Positions 1 to 11,304 of a stretch of 52,440 bases of DNA are shown piece by piece. The stretch's first letter is position 1, and every line of letters starts with the position of its first letter. Source of the stretch: Octopus bimaculoides (Eukaryota); NCBI RefSeq assembly GCF_001194135.2, contig NC_068981.1:133385433-133437872 (forward strand), given 5' to 3'. The translations under genes and the position numbers were made by a program. The notes under the pieces are model-generated. The model searched no databases and had not been told where the DNA came from. It saw only the letters and a list, made by a program, of their open reading frames with translations.

Positions 1-34
1 TCTTGTGAGTTATATTGAGCTGAGGTAAAAACGT

Positions 35-37
35 ATA

Positions 38-69
<32 letters not shown>
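35..69. repeat. (TA)n microsatellite
   Basis: Seen directly. Confidence 0.95.
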
Positions 70-73
<4 letters not shown>

Positions 74-546
74 TTGAAGTCAATGTGATTGACTATCTAT
101 ATTATAACGGTACAGCTTCGTCGCACACTGTTATGTTGTTTCTTCATCAGATTTTTACAAATGGTTAAGCGCAGCCACTTACACGTTACATTAATGAGCA
201 GGTAATTCGGTTGACCTGGAAGCTGAACCTTCATAATTGAAAACGTTGTAGAACCAGCACCTTCTGCAATAGAAGTGTGTTATCTGAGTAATAATAATGT
301 TCCACCCATTCTCCTAATTGCTAACAAACCAATTGCAATATTTTTTTAATAGATAATGTTTGTGCATAGCAAAAATTGACGAATCTCAAATCAGATTAAA
401 GGAGAAAGTGAGGACCACTGTTCAAACTGTATTTAAATTAAGGTGACAATCTCAATGAATTGAAAACTCGCACATATGCACACACCTGCGAGAGCAAATA
501 TGTATGTGTGCCTCTATTCCTATGAGTTGTGAGTATATATATATAT

Positions 547-1450
547 NNNNNNNNNNNNNNNNNNNNNNNNNNNNNNNNNNNNNNNNNNNNNNNNNNNNNN
601 NNNNNNNNNNNNNNNNNNNNNNNNNNNNNNNNNNNNNNNNNNNNNNNNNNNNNNNNNNNNNNNNNNNNNNNNNNNNNNNNNNNNNNNNNNNNNNNNNNNN
701 NNNNNNNNNNNNNNNNNNNNNNNNNNNNNNNNNNNNNNNNNNNNNNNNNNNNNNNNNNNNNNNNNNNNNNNNNNNNNNNNNNNNNNNNNNNNNNNNNNNN
801 NNNNNNNNNNNNNNNNNNNNNNNNNNNNNNNNNNNNNNNNNNNNNNNNNNNNNNNNNNNNNNNNNNNNNNNNNNNNNNNNNNNNNNNNNNNNNNNNNNNN
901 NNNNNNNNNNNNNNNNNNNNNNNNNNNNNNNNNNNNNNNNNNNNNNNNNNNNNNNNNNNNNNNNNNNNNNNNNNNNNNNNNNNNNNNNNNNNNNNNNNNN
1001 NNNNNNNNNNNNNNNNNNNNNNNNNNNNNNNNNNNNNNNNNNNNNNNNNNNNNNNNNNNNNNNNNNNNNNNNNNNNNNNNNNNNNNNNNNNNNNNNNNNN
1101 NNNNNNNNNNNNNNNNNNNNNNNNNNNNNNNNNNNNNNNNNNNNNNNNNNNNNNNNNNNNNNNNNNNNNNNNNNNNNNNNNNNNNNNNNNNNNNNNNNNN
1201 NNNNNNNNNNNNNNNNNNNNNNNNNNNNNNNNNNNNNNNNNNNNNNNNNNNNNNNNNNNNNNNNNNNNNNNNNNNNNNNNNNNNNNNNNNNNNNNNNNNN
1301 NNNNNNNNNNNNNNNNNNNNNNNNNNNNNNNNNNNNNNNNNNNNNNNNNNNNNNNNNNNNNNNNNNNNNNNNNNNNNNNNNNNNNNNNNNNNNNNNNNNN
1401 NNNNNNNNNNNNNNNNNNNNNNNNNNNNNNNNNNNNNNNNNNNNNNNNNN
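547..1450. other. Assembly gap (first of 15 N runs; others 2473-3329, 3905-4164, 10543-11095, 13280-13402, 15736-16170, 26015-26024, 26749-27244, 28572-29447, 34290-34305, 38695-38874, 40034-40701, 45191-45200, 49130-49180, 50780-51134)
   Basis: N runs seen directly; most are flanked on at least one side by (TA)n, (TG)n or (CT)n. Confidence 0.99.
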
Positions 1451-1914
1451 TGTGTGTGTGTGTGTGTGTGTGTGTAATTGGGCCGTATTTTTCATTTTTT
1501 ATGATTTTTAAAGTCAATATAAACCTGAACACGTCATTGATTATTTTCAATCAAAATAATGAAATACGAAGATTTTTTTTATAAACTAGGAACGTAACTA
1601 GAATATGAGTTGTACAGCTCTGAATTACGACATGACTTGAATGAATTTAACTGACACTGAACATATACGGAGTTGTAAAATGGAGGTTAGAAAAAGTGCA
1701 TTAAGTTGTGTTTTTTAATTGAAAATTGTGCATACTGCTGTCCGTCATACAATGTACATATATATACTTATATATAGGCTTCTACAAAAACACATTTCAA
1801 AATGTATATACGTAAATACTTGGAGTGCGTGTGTGGACACATGTTTGTGCATATATACACATGTAATACATGCAAATATATATGAATAGATAGGTAGGTA
1901 CATACACACAACCC

Positions 1915-2030
<116 letters not shown>

Positions 2031-3329
2031 ATATATATAAAAACATATGCATGCATATATATATACGTATATATGCATATGTGTGTGCTGTGTGTGTATA
2101 CAGAAGTGTACGCATATATTTATATGTACATAATTGTGCGAGTGTAAATATGTGGAGTGTGTGTGTTCATTTAACACTGATTCTCAGCTCAATTTAACTA
2201 CAATTTGAAAGTCTGACTTCCCTTTCTCTTTTTTCGATCTCACTTGATGCGCTCGTATTTCGTAAAAACTTTTACTACCCACGAGCTTTATCTATTGAAA
2301 AACTGCAATTGCGTCTGCTTGCAATTAGCAGAAAGGCAAGGTAGTATTATGACTCGGATAACTCAGCTTTCTTTATTGCTGTTATTAACGAATAATATTG
2401 GTCGATCACTGAAGAAACACTTTCGATGATTTTAATGTAGTGCTGATGAGATAGAAGAGAAAACGCCTTGATNNNNNNNNNNNNNNNNNNNNNNNNNNNN
2501 NNNNNNNNNNNNNNNNNNNNNNNNNNNNNNNNNNNNNNNNNNNNNNNNNNNNNNNNNNNNNNNNNNNNNNNNNNNNNNNNNNNNNNNNNNNNNNNNNNNN
2601 NNNNNNNNNNNNNNNNNNNNNNNNNNNNNNNNNNNNNNNNNNNNNNNNNNNNNNNNNNNNNNNNNNNNNNNNNNNNNNNNNNNNNNNNNNNNNNNNNNNN
2701 NNNNNNNNNNNNNNNNNNNNNNNNNNNNNNNNNNNNNNNNNNNNNNNNNNNNNNNNNNNNNNNNNNNNNNNNNNNNNNNNNNNNNNNNNNNNNNNNNNNN
2801 NNNNNNNNNNNNNNNNNNNNNNNNNNNNNNNNNNNNNNNNNNNNNNNNNNNNNNNNNNNNNNNNNNNNNNNNNNNNNNNNNNNNNNNNNNNNNNNNNNNN
2901 NNNNNNNNNNNNNNNNNNNNNNNNNNNNNNNNNNNNNNNNNNNNNNNNNNNNNNNNNNNNNNNNNNNNNNNNNNNNNNNNNNNNNNNNNNNNNNNNNNNN
3001 NNNNNNNNNNNNNNNNNNNNNNNNNNNNNNNNNNNNNNNNNNNNNNNNNNNNNNNNNNNNNNNNNNNNNNNNNNNNNNNNNNNNNNNNNNNNNNNNNNNN
3101 NNNNNNNNNNNNNNNNNNNNNNNNNNNNNNNNNNNNNNNNNNNNNNNNNNNNNNNNNNNNNNNNNNNNNNNNNNNNNNNNNNNNNNNNNNNNNNNNNNNN
3201 NNNNNNNNNNNNNNNNNNNNNNNNNNNNNNNNNNNNNNNNNNNNNNNNNNNNNNNNNNNNNNNNNNNNNNNNNNNNNNNNNNNNNNNNNNNNNNNNNNNN
3301 NNNNNNNNNNNNNNNNNNNNNNNNNNNNN

Positions 3330-3364
<35 letters not shown>

Positions 3365-3404
3365 GAGAATTCACGAAAAAGCAACAGACGAAGACAGGTG
3401 GTGT

Positions 3405-3904
3405 AAACAACAAATGGATGTATTTGTATAACGCTCGGGAATAGAGAAAGTCTTTAACGTTTCGAGCCTACGCTCTTCAACAGAAAGAAACACAGAAACA
3501 AGGAGAGAAAAAAATATAAGTATAGTTGTCAGCGATCTATCATGGCGAATGCCGGACAGAAGGATCACACAGGAGAGTTAAGAAGAAGGGGAGATAACAA
3601 AGACGTAGTGATCCAAAGACGAAGGTGCGTGTGTGTGAGAGAATGTTGTGGATCTTAACGTATGCATGTGTGTATGTAGGTGTGAAGATGTGAAACTGGG
3701 GATGGGAATTGGTCAGTGCTAGTGTGTTCGTGGTGGTGTGTTGTGAAGTGATGTGTTGTGTGATATGGTGTAGCGTGGTGTGATGTGAGGGTGTTGGAAG
3801 GTGGGGGAGGCGAGAATGGGGAAAGCATGGGTGGAGTGTGGGTTAGGCTGAGGGTGGGGGTAGAGGTAGTGGTATGTGGGTAGGCAGAGGTTGGGGTGGG
3901 TGTA
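3405..3904 (-). mobile_element. Probable Penelope-like/retrozyme-type repeat fragment with a hammerhead-like motif and a G/T-rich flank
   Basis: Minus-strand hammerhead-like core at 3451-3488. Assignment is inferred from the known association of minimal hammerheads with Penelope-like elements; extent uncertain. Confidence 0.45.
3451..3488 (-). ncRNA. Minimal type-I hammerhead ribozyme-like motif (A6U variant)
   Basis: Minus strand reads UCUUU-CUGUUGA-A-GAGC(GUAG)GCUC-GAAAC-GUU-AAAGA. Stems I (5 bp) and II (4 bp) pair perfectly; AACGUU palindrome at stem III. Confidence 0.6.
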
Positions 3905-4193
3905 NNNNNNNNNNNNNNNNNNNNNNNNNNNNNNNNNNNNNNNNNNNNNNNNNNNNNNNNNNNNNNNNNNNNNNNNNNNNNNNNNNNNNNNNNNNNNNNN
4001 NNNNNNNNNNNNNNNNNNNNNNNNNNNNNNNNNNNNNNNNNNNNNNNNNNNNNNNNNNNNNNNNNNNNNNNNNNNNNNNNNNNNNNNNNNNNNNNNNNNN
4101 NNNNNNNNNNNNNNNNNNNNNNNNNNNNNNNNNNNNNNNNNNNNNNNNNNNNNNNNNNNNNNNNAGAGTAAGATAGAGAGAGAGTAAGAGAGA

Positions 4194-4235
<42 letters not shown>

Positions 4236-4236
<1 letters not shown>

Positions 4237-4420
4237 CTCTTTTATTTATTTCATTTCAGCCATTTGGCTGGGGCCATGCTGGAGCACCACCTTTTAGTCG
4301 AAGAAATCAACCCCTTGACTTATCCATTGTAAACCCGGTACTGCAAGGTTACGTGGACGTAAACACACCAACATCGGTTGTCAAGTAATGGTAGTGGAGA
4401 TATAGTAAGACTCAAAGACA
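4236..4420. mobile_element. SINE-like family A copy (CTTGTTTCAGTCATT..GGCCATGCTGGAGCACC..TAGTCGA)
   Basis: Same motif recurs at 4808, 17045, 29470, 32620 and in reverse at 17555, 29635, 35670, 41065. Confidence 0.8.
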
Positions 4421-4451
4421 CATCATAAATATATACATATATATACGAATG

Positions 4452-4680
4452 ACTTTGTTCCACTTTGCTCCAGTCCACTCAGCTGAAAAAACGATTAGTA
4501 CCTCTAATTCAAAGGGTCGGCCTTGCCACATTCTGTGTCACGCTGAATCTCCCTGAGAACTACGTTAAGGGTACGCGTGTCTGTGGAGCGCTCAGCCACA
4601 TGCACGTTAATTTCATGAGCAGACTGTTCTGTTGATTGGATCAACCGGAACCATCGTTATCGTAACCGACTGAGTACTAG
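4452..4680 (+). mobile_element. SINE family D fragment (CORE-like tRNA SINE, head missing)
   Basis: Similar to the reverse complement of 22490-22805; shares GCTCCAGTCCACTCAGCTG-like segment with 14883-15165. Confidence 0.7.
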
Positions 4681-4693
4681 TATGCATATATAT

Positions 4694-4748
<55 letters not shown>

Positions 4749-4807
4749 TGTGTGTGCTTGTGTGTATATATGTGTGTGTGTGTGTGCGGGCGCATATACC
4801 TTTTATC

Positions 4808-5015
4808 TTTAACTTGTTTCAGTCATTAGTCTGTGGTCATGCTGGATCACGGTTTAGAACACGGTACAGTCGAATTAATCGACCCCCAGTACTTTTCCTT
4901 TTAAGTCTAGTATTTATTTTATCGGACCATTTTGCCGAGCCGCTAGGTTACGGGAACTTAAACGCACCATCACCGGTTGTCAAGCAGTGATGGGGGACAA
5001 ACAGACACACAGACA
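4808..5015. mobile_element. SINE-like family A copy
   Basis: Matches 4236-4420 and 17045-17240 by eye. Confidence 0.8.
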
Positions 5016-5022
5016 CAGACAC

Positions 5023-5061
<39 letters not shown>

Positions 5062-5062
<1 letters not shown>

Positions 5063-5213
5063 GACAGACTTCTTTCAGTATCCATGTCCCAAGTTCACTC
5101 AGAAGGCCTTGGTTGGCCCAGGGCTATAGTAAAAGACTCTTGCCCAAGATGGCATGCTGTGGGACTGAACATGAAACCATGTGGTTGGGAAGCAAGTTCC
5201 TTATCATACAGTG
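5062..5213 (-). mobile_element. tRNA-derived CORE-like SINE family C copy
   Basis: Near-identical organisation to 17708-17857, 22087-22249 and 40702-40823; minus strand has a tRNA-like head and CTTGGGCAAG(A)GTCTT CORE-like segment. Confidence 0.8.
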
Positions 5214-5214
5214 C

Positions 5215-5246
<32 letters not shown>

Positions 5247-6772
5247 GTGTGCGTGTGCGTGCGTATGTGTGTGTGTGTGTTTATGTATGTGTTTATGTAT
5301 TATATAATTCATAACCGTGAGGTCGACAAAAGTATTTCGTTTCGTGGAAGTATTCACCAAGAACTGCCATTGACATATGGCACCGCTGCTTATATGGCGG
5401 ACTGTGTACAAAGATAGATATACAAATGCATACTTAAATATGAAGAGAGGAATACATCAATGGCAGTGTGTGTATTATTAGTGTGTGTAATTTTTGTGGT
5501 GTTATGGTGGATTCCCACTGGAGAAATCGTAGAATAGCTGAAAGTGTACATGGTGTTGAAGAGAGTCTAATTATAGAAGCTAGTGGTGATCATAAAATAT
5601 GAAGAGTCAAAGAGAATTGTATAGTACTGATGTTCTTGTTGGAAAACGTGACAATGGAGTTGGGAGTGGTGGATCGTGACGCTGTTGGCTGTTTAGCATA
5701 AAGTGATGAAGCGATAGTTGGTGCGAGTAAAGAAATTGTTTGCAAGGAGACAACTGATAGACGTAATGATTGCTAACAAGGATGCACAAGTGCACACACA
5801 CACACACACACACACACACTACACACACAGAGAACAACTCCAGAAATGGATACGGACGTACACATTTACACACACACATTTACACGTATGCACACATACT
5901 CACCAACAAACATACACACATGTACACACATACATATATACACACACACATACAAATGCAAAAAACACACAAACTTACAAGGCTATCAGAATTAACAAAA
6001 ATATCAAATCAAGCAATACCACTTCTATGGTGCTGTTGTCAATTATGGAACTGACTTCTGCTTCGTATACCATTGAGTGAGTTTTGCAAGCAAGTATGTG
6101 TCATTTTTTGTAGCTAAATGTTCTAAAGGCTTCTGGCTAAAATACTTTTAATATTTGGTGTCCTACTAAATATCAATTTCAAGTGCGTTTTCTATCAAAG
6201 ATGGATTTATAACGGCGGTTGCTTACTCTTTTACTCGACTAAGCCTGTGCGGTGTGGCCATGACGAGGCAGTATTATTAAACATATTTTGTCTGTCGATT
6301 CGAAACGGATTTCCCCTACATTGAATTCTATGTTTAAATAGAAAGGTGTCGGGAACCAGATAATTTTGCGAATCTATTTTTGGATGCGAAGTAAGTGGGT
6401 TAGTAATTCATATAAACCAATTCTTGAAACAGTTCTCTGTTACGACCTATTGTAATAGAGAGTTGTTCTATCGAAGATTTCCTTAATAGAAGATAGGTTG
6501 CAGATTCCTGTATTGAGAGAACGGATATTTTCTAAAAATTAATTTGTGGGTGGCAAGAGTATTTATTCAAGTATTATAATATTTCCGAGGATTTCACATA
6601 CATTTCGTTCGATATTCGCAGATGAGTTCTAAAAGAAGGAAACAAAATCATAATAGAGTCAATTTTATTCATAAATATATCAAATCTATATTATCTATTT
6701 AGAGCTTTGGCTCAAACTGTGGTTCTATGTTTTTATAGCGGAATATTAATCAACGATAGACACCGCATACAT

Positions 6773-6775
6773 ACG

Positions 6776-6809
<34 letters not shown>

Positions 6810-6875
6810 TGTATGTATGTACGTATGTATGTACGTATGTATGTATGTATGTATGTACGTATGTATGTATGTATG
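6773..6875. repeat. (TATG)n tetranucleotide repeat with TACG variants
   Basis: Seen directly. Confidence 0.95.
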
Positions 6876-7348
6876 TTCTTTTCTGTTTTTAATGATATGA
6901 ATTTTATTATTGTAGTTAGCCAGCCAATATGGCGGCGTTAATTGCCGATGTTTCCGTTAAGTGTTTTTTACTATCTATGTTGGTTCTCTCTAGTAATTTC
7001 ATTACCATGTATACTACAGATTTCTCCTAGGTGTTCTTTAAGAGTGGTAGAATATGCGTGTATGAGGGTTTTGATAGGCCAGTAATCAACATCACGTGAT
7101 TCCACGTGCTCTCCAGTAACATCGACAACTTTCAACATTAAAGCAGTTGTAATTCTCCTTTAATCTTGTTAAGAACGACCTGTCACTCAACAGTAGTTTC
7201 GAAAAGGTGGAAAACTCTGTACTAACTAGGTATACCAGATGTTTCTAAGTTGAATGTATTCAACAGTCGTCTCTGTCGAATTAGTTACAGATGACCATAC
7301 ATTAGAATTTAATCATGCGGCCGCATTTTGTTTACATTATTTTCGATA

Positions 7349-7512
7349 GGTCGGCGAGCTAGCAGAATTGTTAACACGCCGGCCTAAATGCTTAGCGGTA
7401 TTTCGTCTGCCGCTACGTTCCGAGTTCGAATTCCCCCGAGATTGACTTTGTCTGTCCTTCTTTGTCCCCTCTATGTTAGCCCCCTGTGGACAATAAAGCA
7501 ATAAAGAAATAA
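7349..7512 (+). mobile_element. SINE family B copy (GGCGAGCTGGCAGAA..GTTAGC..GAGTTCAAATTCC)
   Basis: Pol III-like head with B-box-like GTTCGAATTC; at least 13 further fragments in the window. Confidence 0.85.
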
Positions 7513-8065
7513 TTATTTTCGATCTCTCGTATGACAAATTTTGGTAAGTTCTCAGTGTTTTGAAAAGATCGGTTAGCATCACTAAAAGTAAGCCTTAAAG
7601 ATGTTTAAGTTGAAATGAACTTCGTCACAGTAATTTTCAACTACTTCCTGTATCCGATAGAAATGTCACTACTAGTTTTTTCCTAGCACCGAAGTAAACC
7701 CTGGTTTGCATATAAGTTCAAGTAAAGTGAAAGGAATACTTGCGTCTTCTTAAATAGTTTACTGGTGCTGTAGTACTGTTTTTGTCCAAGGTGTTGTGGT
7801 ATAAGGTTTATTTATTTTCAAGTCCGGTTAGAAAAAGGCTACGCTGATAAATGAAAGCTGTTTCTCTTATCCATAACTGGAGAAATAAACCAGTTACTGG
7901 TTTAGGCTGGAGAAGTCGGCATGCATGTACAAGAAAACATTCAAAAAGAAATTTTAAACAGTCCGCTATGCCTGCACATCTGATGTTGACGGTACTATGA
8001 CGTATAAGTTTATGTATGTTATTCTTTTCTCTCTTTATAATTCAGAATGAATTTTGACCGGGTAC

Positions 8066-8192
8066 CTGCTTGGTAGTAAGGTTGTTAATGAAAACATATT
8101 TTGTTCCTCCAACGTTCAATACAGTTTCAGCCATACATTCTTCCGGGGCAGTTTGTTCGCATCTTTTTGTTCCATTAAAAATAGGTATGAAG
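8066..8192 (-). CDS. Possible isolated 127-nt coding exon (FIPIFNGTKRCEQTAPEECMAETVLNVGGTKYVFINNLTTKQ); unconfirmed
   Basis: Open frame between ATTTTCAG acceptor-like and CAG|GTACCC donor-like sites in non-repetitive sequence; no partner exon or homolog identified. Confidence 0.2.
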
Positions 8193-8729
8193 CTGAAAAT
8201 GTATCTCGAGTACTGGATTTGCAGTATGTGTGTATATAAGAATGCATGCATGTGTATATGTATATATGTATGAACGTATGTGTATCTTCAGAAGTATAAC
8301 GGCGGTGAATCGGGGAAAATTTCGAAGGAAAATAACTTGAGATATTTGGTTACGCTCCGTTACCACGTGGTTACGTCACATGATGTGTAGGTTAACTTCA
8401 ACGCTGCATATGCACATCTGTTTCTCTCTAAGAAAGGCGGGATGTCCAGCATAGGTGAGATTACTTCATTACAAACTTTTAATGTCAAAAGAACTAAAGA
8501 AGAGTAGTTATCTCATGATAGGGGGAGTGGTTCTCATTAAACAGGTGCGATTGCCGATAAAAATAATAAAGAAAAGATAGAAAAAATAAGACATGAAGCC
8601 AAAAAGAAAGAAAGAATAAATTAATAAATGAATGTTGAATGAAATACCTGATGAAATATTCGTAGTCAAAAATCTTCGTTGGTGGTTTTCTAGCTGATGT
8701 CTTTTTCTGTTTACTTTTGCATTTCTATA

Positions 8730-9623
8730 AACAACATGCGTTCAAAAAATACCGGACTTATTTTTTCCCGCCAAAACTAATGCTGCCTGGATAAAATCCT
8801 TTGGATGGGAGATGATGCCACCGTACCTTCGCATACATGGAATTTTTCGTGCCGGTAGGTCACGACCTTTCCCGGCTGTTATGCCTAGAATGCAGACGTG
8901 TAATAAGCGCTTGTCGGATTTTCGTTTTCACCGAATTCATCGAGCAGATATATTGCATCAAGTTTTGCCAAAAGCATGGTACTACTTAAGCTCAAACCAC
9001 CCAGAAGATTCAGCCGGGCTCTGGCGATGATTCCATGGGCAAAACTTAGATGAAAGAGTGGTGCAACCACTTCAAACATGGTCGCACTTCAGTGTAGTGT
9101 GAGGTACGCTCAGGCCATCTACAAGTCAAAACGAGGAGCTGATTGAGAGGTTTCAGTGAATAGTCATGTAAGACCGTTGTGAATCAACCGGGGAAATTGC
9201 ACACGAAATAGGAATAAGCACGGAGTCAGTGCATTCCATTTTAACGGAGGATTTGTGCATGCGAAGTGTTCGCGAAATTCGTCCCCAGAGTGCTGGTGGG
9301 AGAAGCAGAAGCAACTCCCTATGAAAATCGGTCAGGATTATGCTGGACTGCAAACTACGACCCAGACTTCATGAAGACCATCATCACTGGTGATGAAACA
9401 TAGGTTTACGGTCTCCGTTCGATGAGTTCAGTCATCGATAAACGCGCACTACACGTCTGAATTCCAAATGTTAAAGCCGGGAACTGACATGGTTTACCAG
9501 TGCTAAAAATTCTCGCACGTTCGTAGGAAGGGTGGCCTCACCTTTCACTCAAAGGATTTTCTCCATGTGGCATTAGTTTTGGCGGGAAAAATTAAGTCAG
9601 ATACTTCTTCATCGCACCTCTTA
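8730..9623 (+). mobile_element. Internally deleted, decayed mariner transposon
   Basis: Inverted termini share TTTTTCCCGCCAAAACTAATGC. Transposase remnants EQIYCIKFCQKHG, EIAHEIGISTESVHSILTEDL, AKFVPR and DPDFMKTIITGDET*VYG (9359-9412); C-terminal half absent. Confidence 0.9.
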
Positions 9624-10489
9624 TTCAACGCTTGAAGAATTCTTACATTTTTCAAAGAATAAATGCTTCTGGATGTATCCACTACAATAGTCAGCCATTC
9701 ATGTTCATATTTGCAAGTACCTAATCGAAAACCTCTACACATTGCATTCACACCAATATTGAATCACCGATATTTTTTTCTTTTTTTATTATACATTTTG
9801 TCAATATAAACGTCCATATAATGCTGGTAAGTCATGTTAAACCTGGGGAAGTATATAATAGACTTTAAAAGAATAAACTAAAACAAAACAAAAGCAACAA
9901 CTAGCTATAAGAAAAGAAAAAGTAGATACAAAATATTTAGATGGTTCTTTTGTCAAATCTTTTTGTAACATTCTTGAAATTTGAAAGATCATATCTGTGG
10001 TTGAGTGATTATTGAAAATAAACTGCACTTCAATCTTGGTGGCCCTTTGAAAACTATTTTTAAAATGTTCTCTCGCTCAGAATGGAAGATTTTTCATTTA
10101 AACAAGTAATTATATCTTCAGTATAATAGTTTTCATATTTTCTCTCTCTGTCCGGTTTTTGCATTCGAACTAATAATCGTAATTTTATATGATATCTGAC
10201 ATTTTAGTTATTTCATATCTTTTAAAACTCGTAGTTAATATATTTCATAATTCAATATGTTATTACTACAATTATGACGGCGTCTCTTATTTCAAGTTTC
10301 ATTTCATAGTCATCATACAGATATTTTTTATTGTCTAGGTGGCATTTACTATCAGCTGTTTATACACTCGCACATAAGAACATACACATACGTATACCTA
10401 CATACTTTGGCTAAATCTTCAGCGATATTTGCTAGAAGCAATACATAAAAATTCGTTTTGTTACGTCTACAAAATATTACTCAAATTGT

Positions 10490-10511
10490 AGATAGACAGA
10501 TATATATACAG

Positions 10512-10542
<31 letters not shown>

Positions 10543-11095
10543 NNNNNNNNNNNNNNNNNNNNNNNNNNNNNNNNNNNNNNNNNNNNNNNNNNNNNNNNNN
10601 NNNNNNNNNNNNNNNNNNNNNNNNNNNNNNNNNNNNNNNNNNNNNNNNNNNNNNNNNNNNNNNNNNNNNNNNNNNNNNNNNNNNNNNNNNNNNNNNNNNN
10701 NNNNNNNNNNNNNNNNNNNNNNNNNNNNNNNNNNNNNNNNNNNNNNNNNNNNNNNNNNNNNNNNNNNNNNNNNNNNNNNNNNNNNNNNNNNNNNNNNNNN
10801 NNNNNNNNNNNNNNNNNNNNNNNNNNNNNNNNNNNNNNNNNNNNNNNNNNNNNNNNNNNNNNNNNNNNNNNNNNNNNNNNNNNNNNNNNNNNNNNNNNNN
10901 NNNNNNNNNNNNNNNNNNNNNNNNNNNNNNNNNNNNNNNNNNNNNNNNNNNNNNNNNNNNNNNNNNNNNNNNNNNNNNNNNNNNNNNNNNNNNNNNNNNN
11001 NNNNNNNNNNNNNNNNNNNNNNNNNNNNNNNNNNNNNNNNNNNNNNNNNNNNNNNNNNNNNNNNNNNNNNNNNNNNNNNNNNNNNNNNNNNNNNN

Positions 11096-11142
<47 letters not shown>

Positions 11143-11300
11143 TATATATATATGTATACAATACATACACACACATATATATATACGTATATATAAATAT
11201 ATATATATGCATATATATAAATATATATATATAAACACATACATATATATATATGTATATACATATACATACATATACATACTTACACAGACACACACAC
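10490..11300. repeat. (TA)n/(CATA)n simple repeat tract spanning a gap
   Basis: Seen directly. Confidence 0.9.
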
Positions 11301-11304
11301 GCAA

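Noticed and set aside
143-150. CTGATGA strings at about 144-150 (-), 2444 (+), 8649 (+), 43071 (-), 44932 (-) and CTGACGA at about 34068 (+)
   Set aside because: No paired stem II followed by GAAA; the 43071 hit is the FSDE codons of a transposase.
174-260. Minus-strand frame GAGSTTFSIMKVQLPGQPNYLLINVT ending at GTAAGT
   Set aside because: Short, no recognised homology, and no partner exon.
5440-5790. Ser/Thr-rich minus-strand frame of about 60 codons
   Set aside because: Looks like degenerate low-complexity sequence; no motif or donor support.
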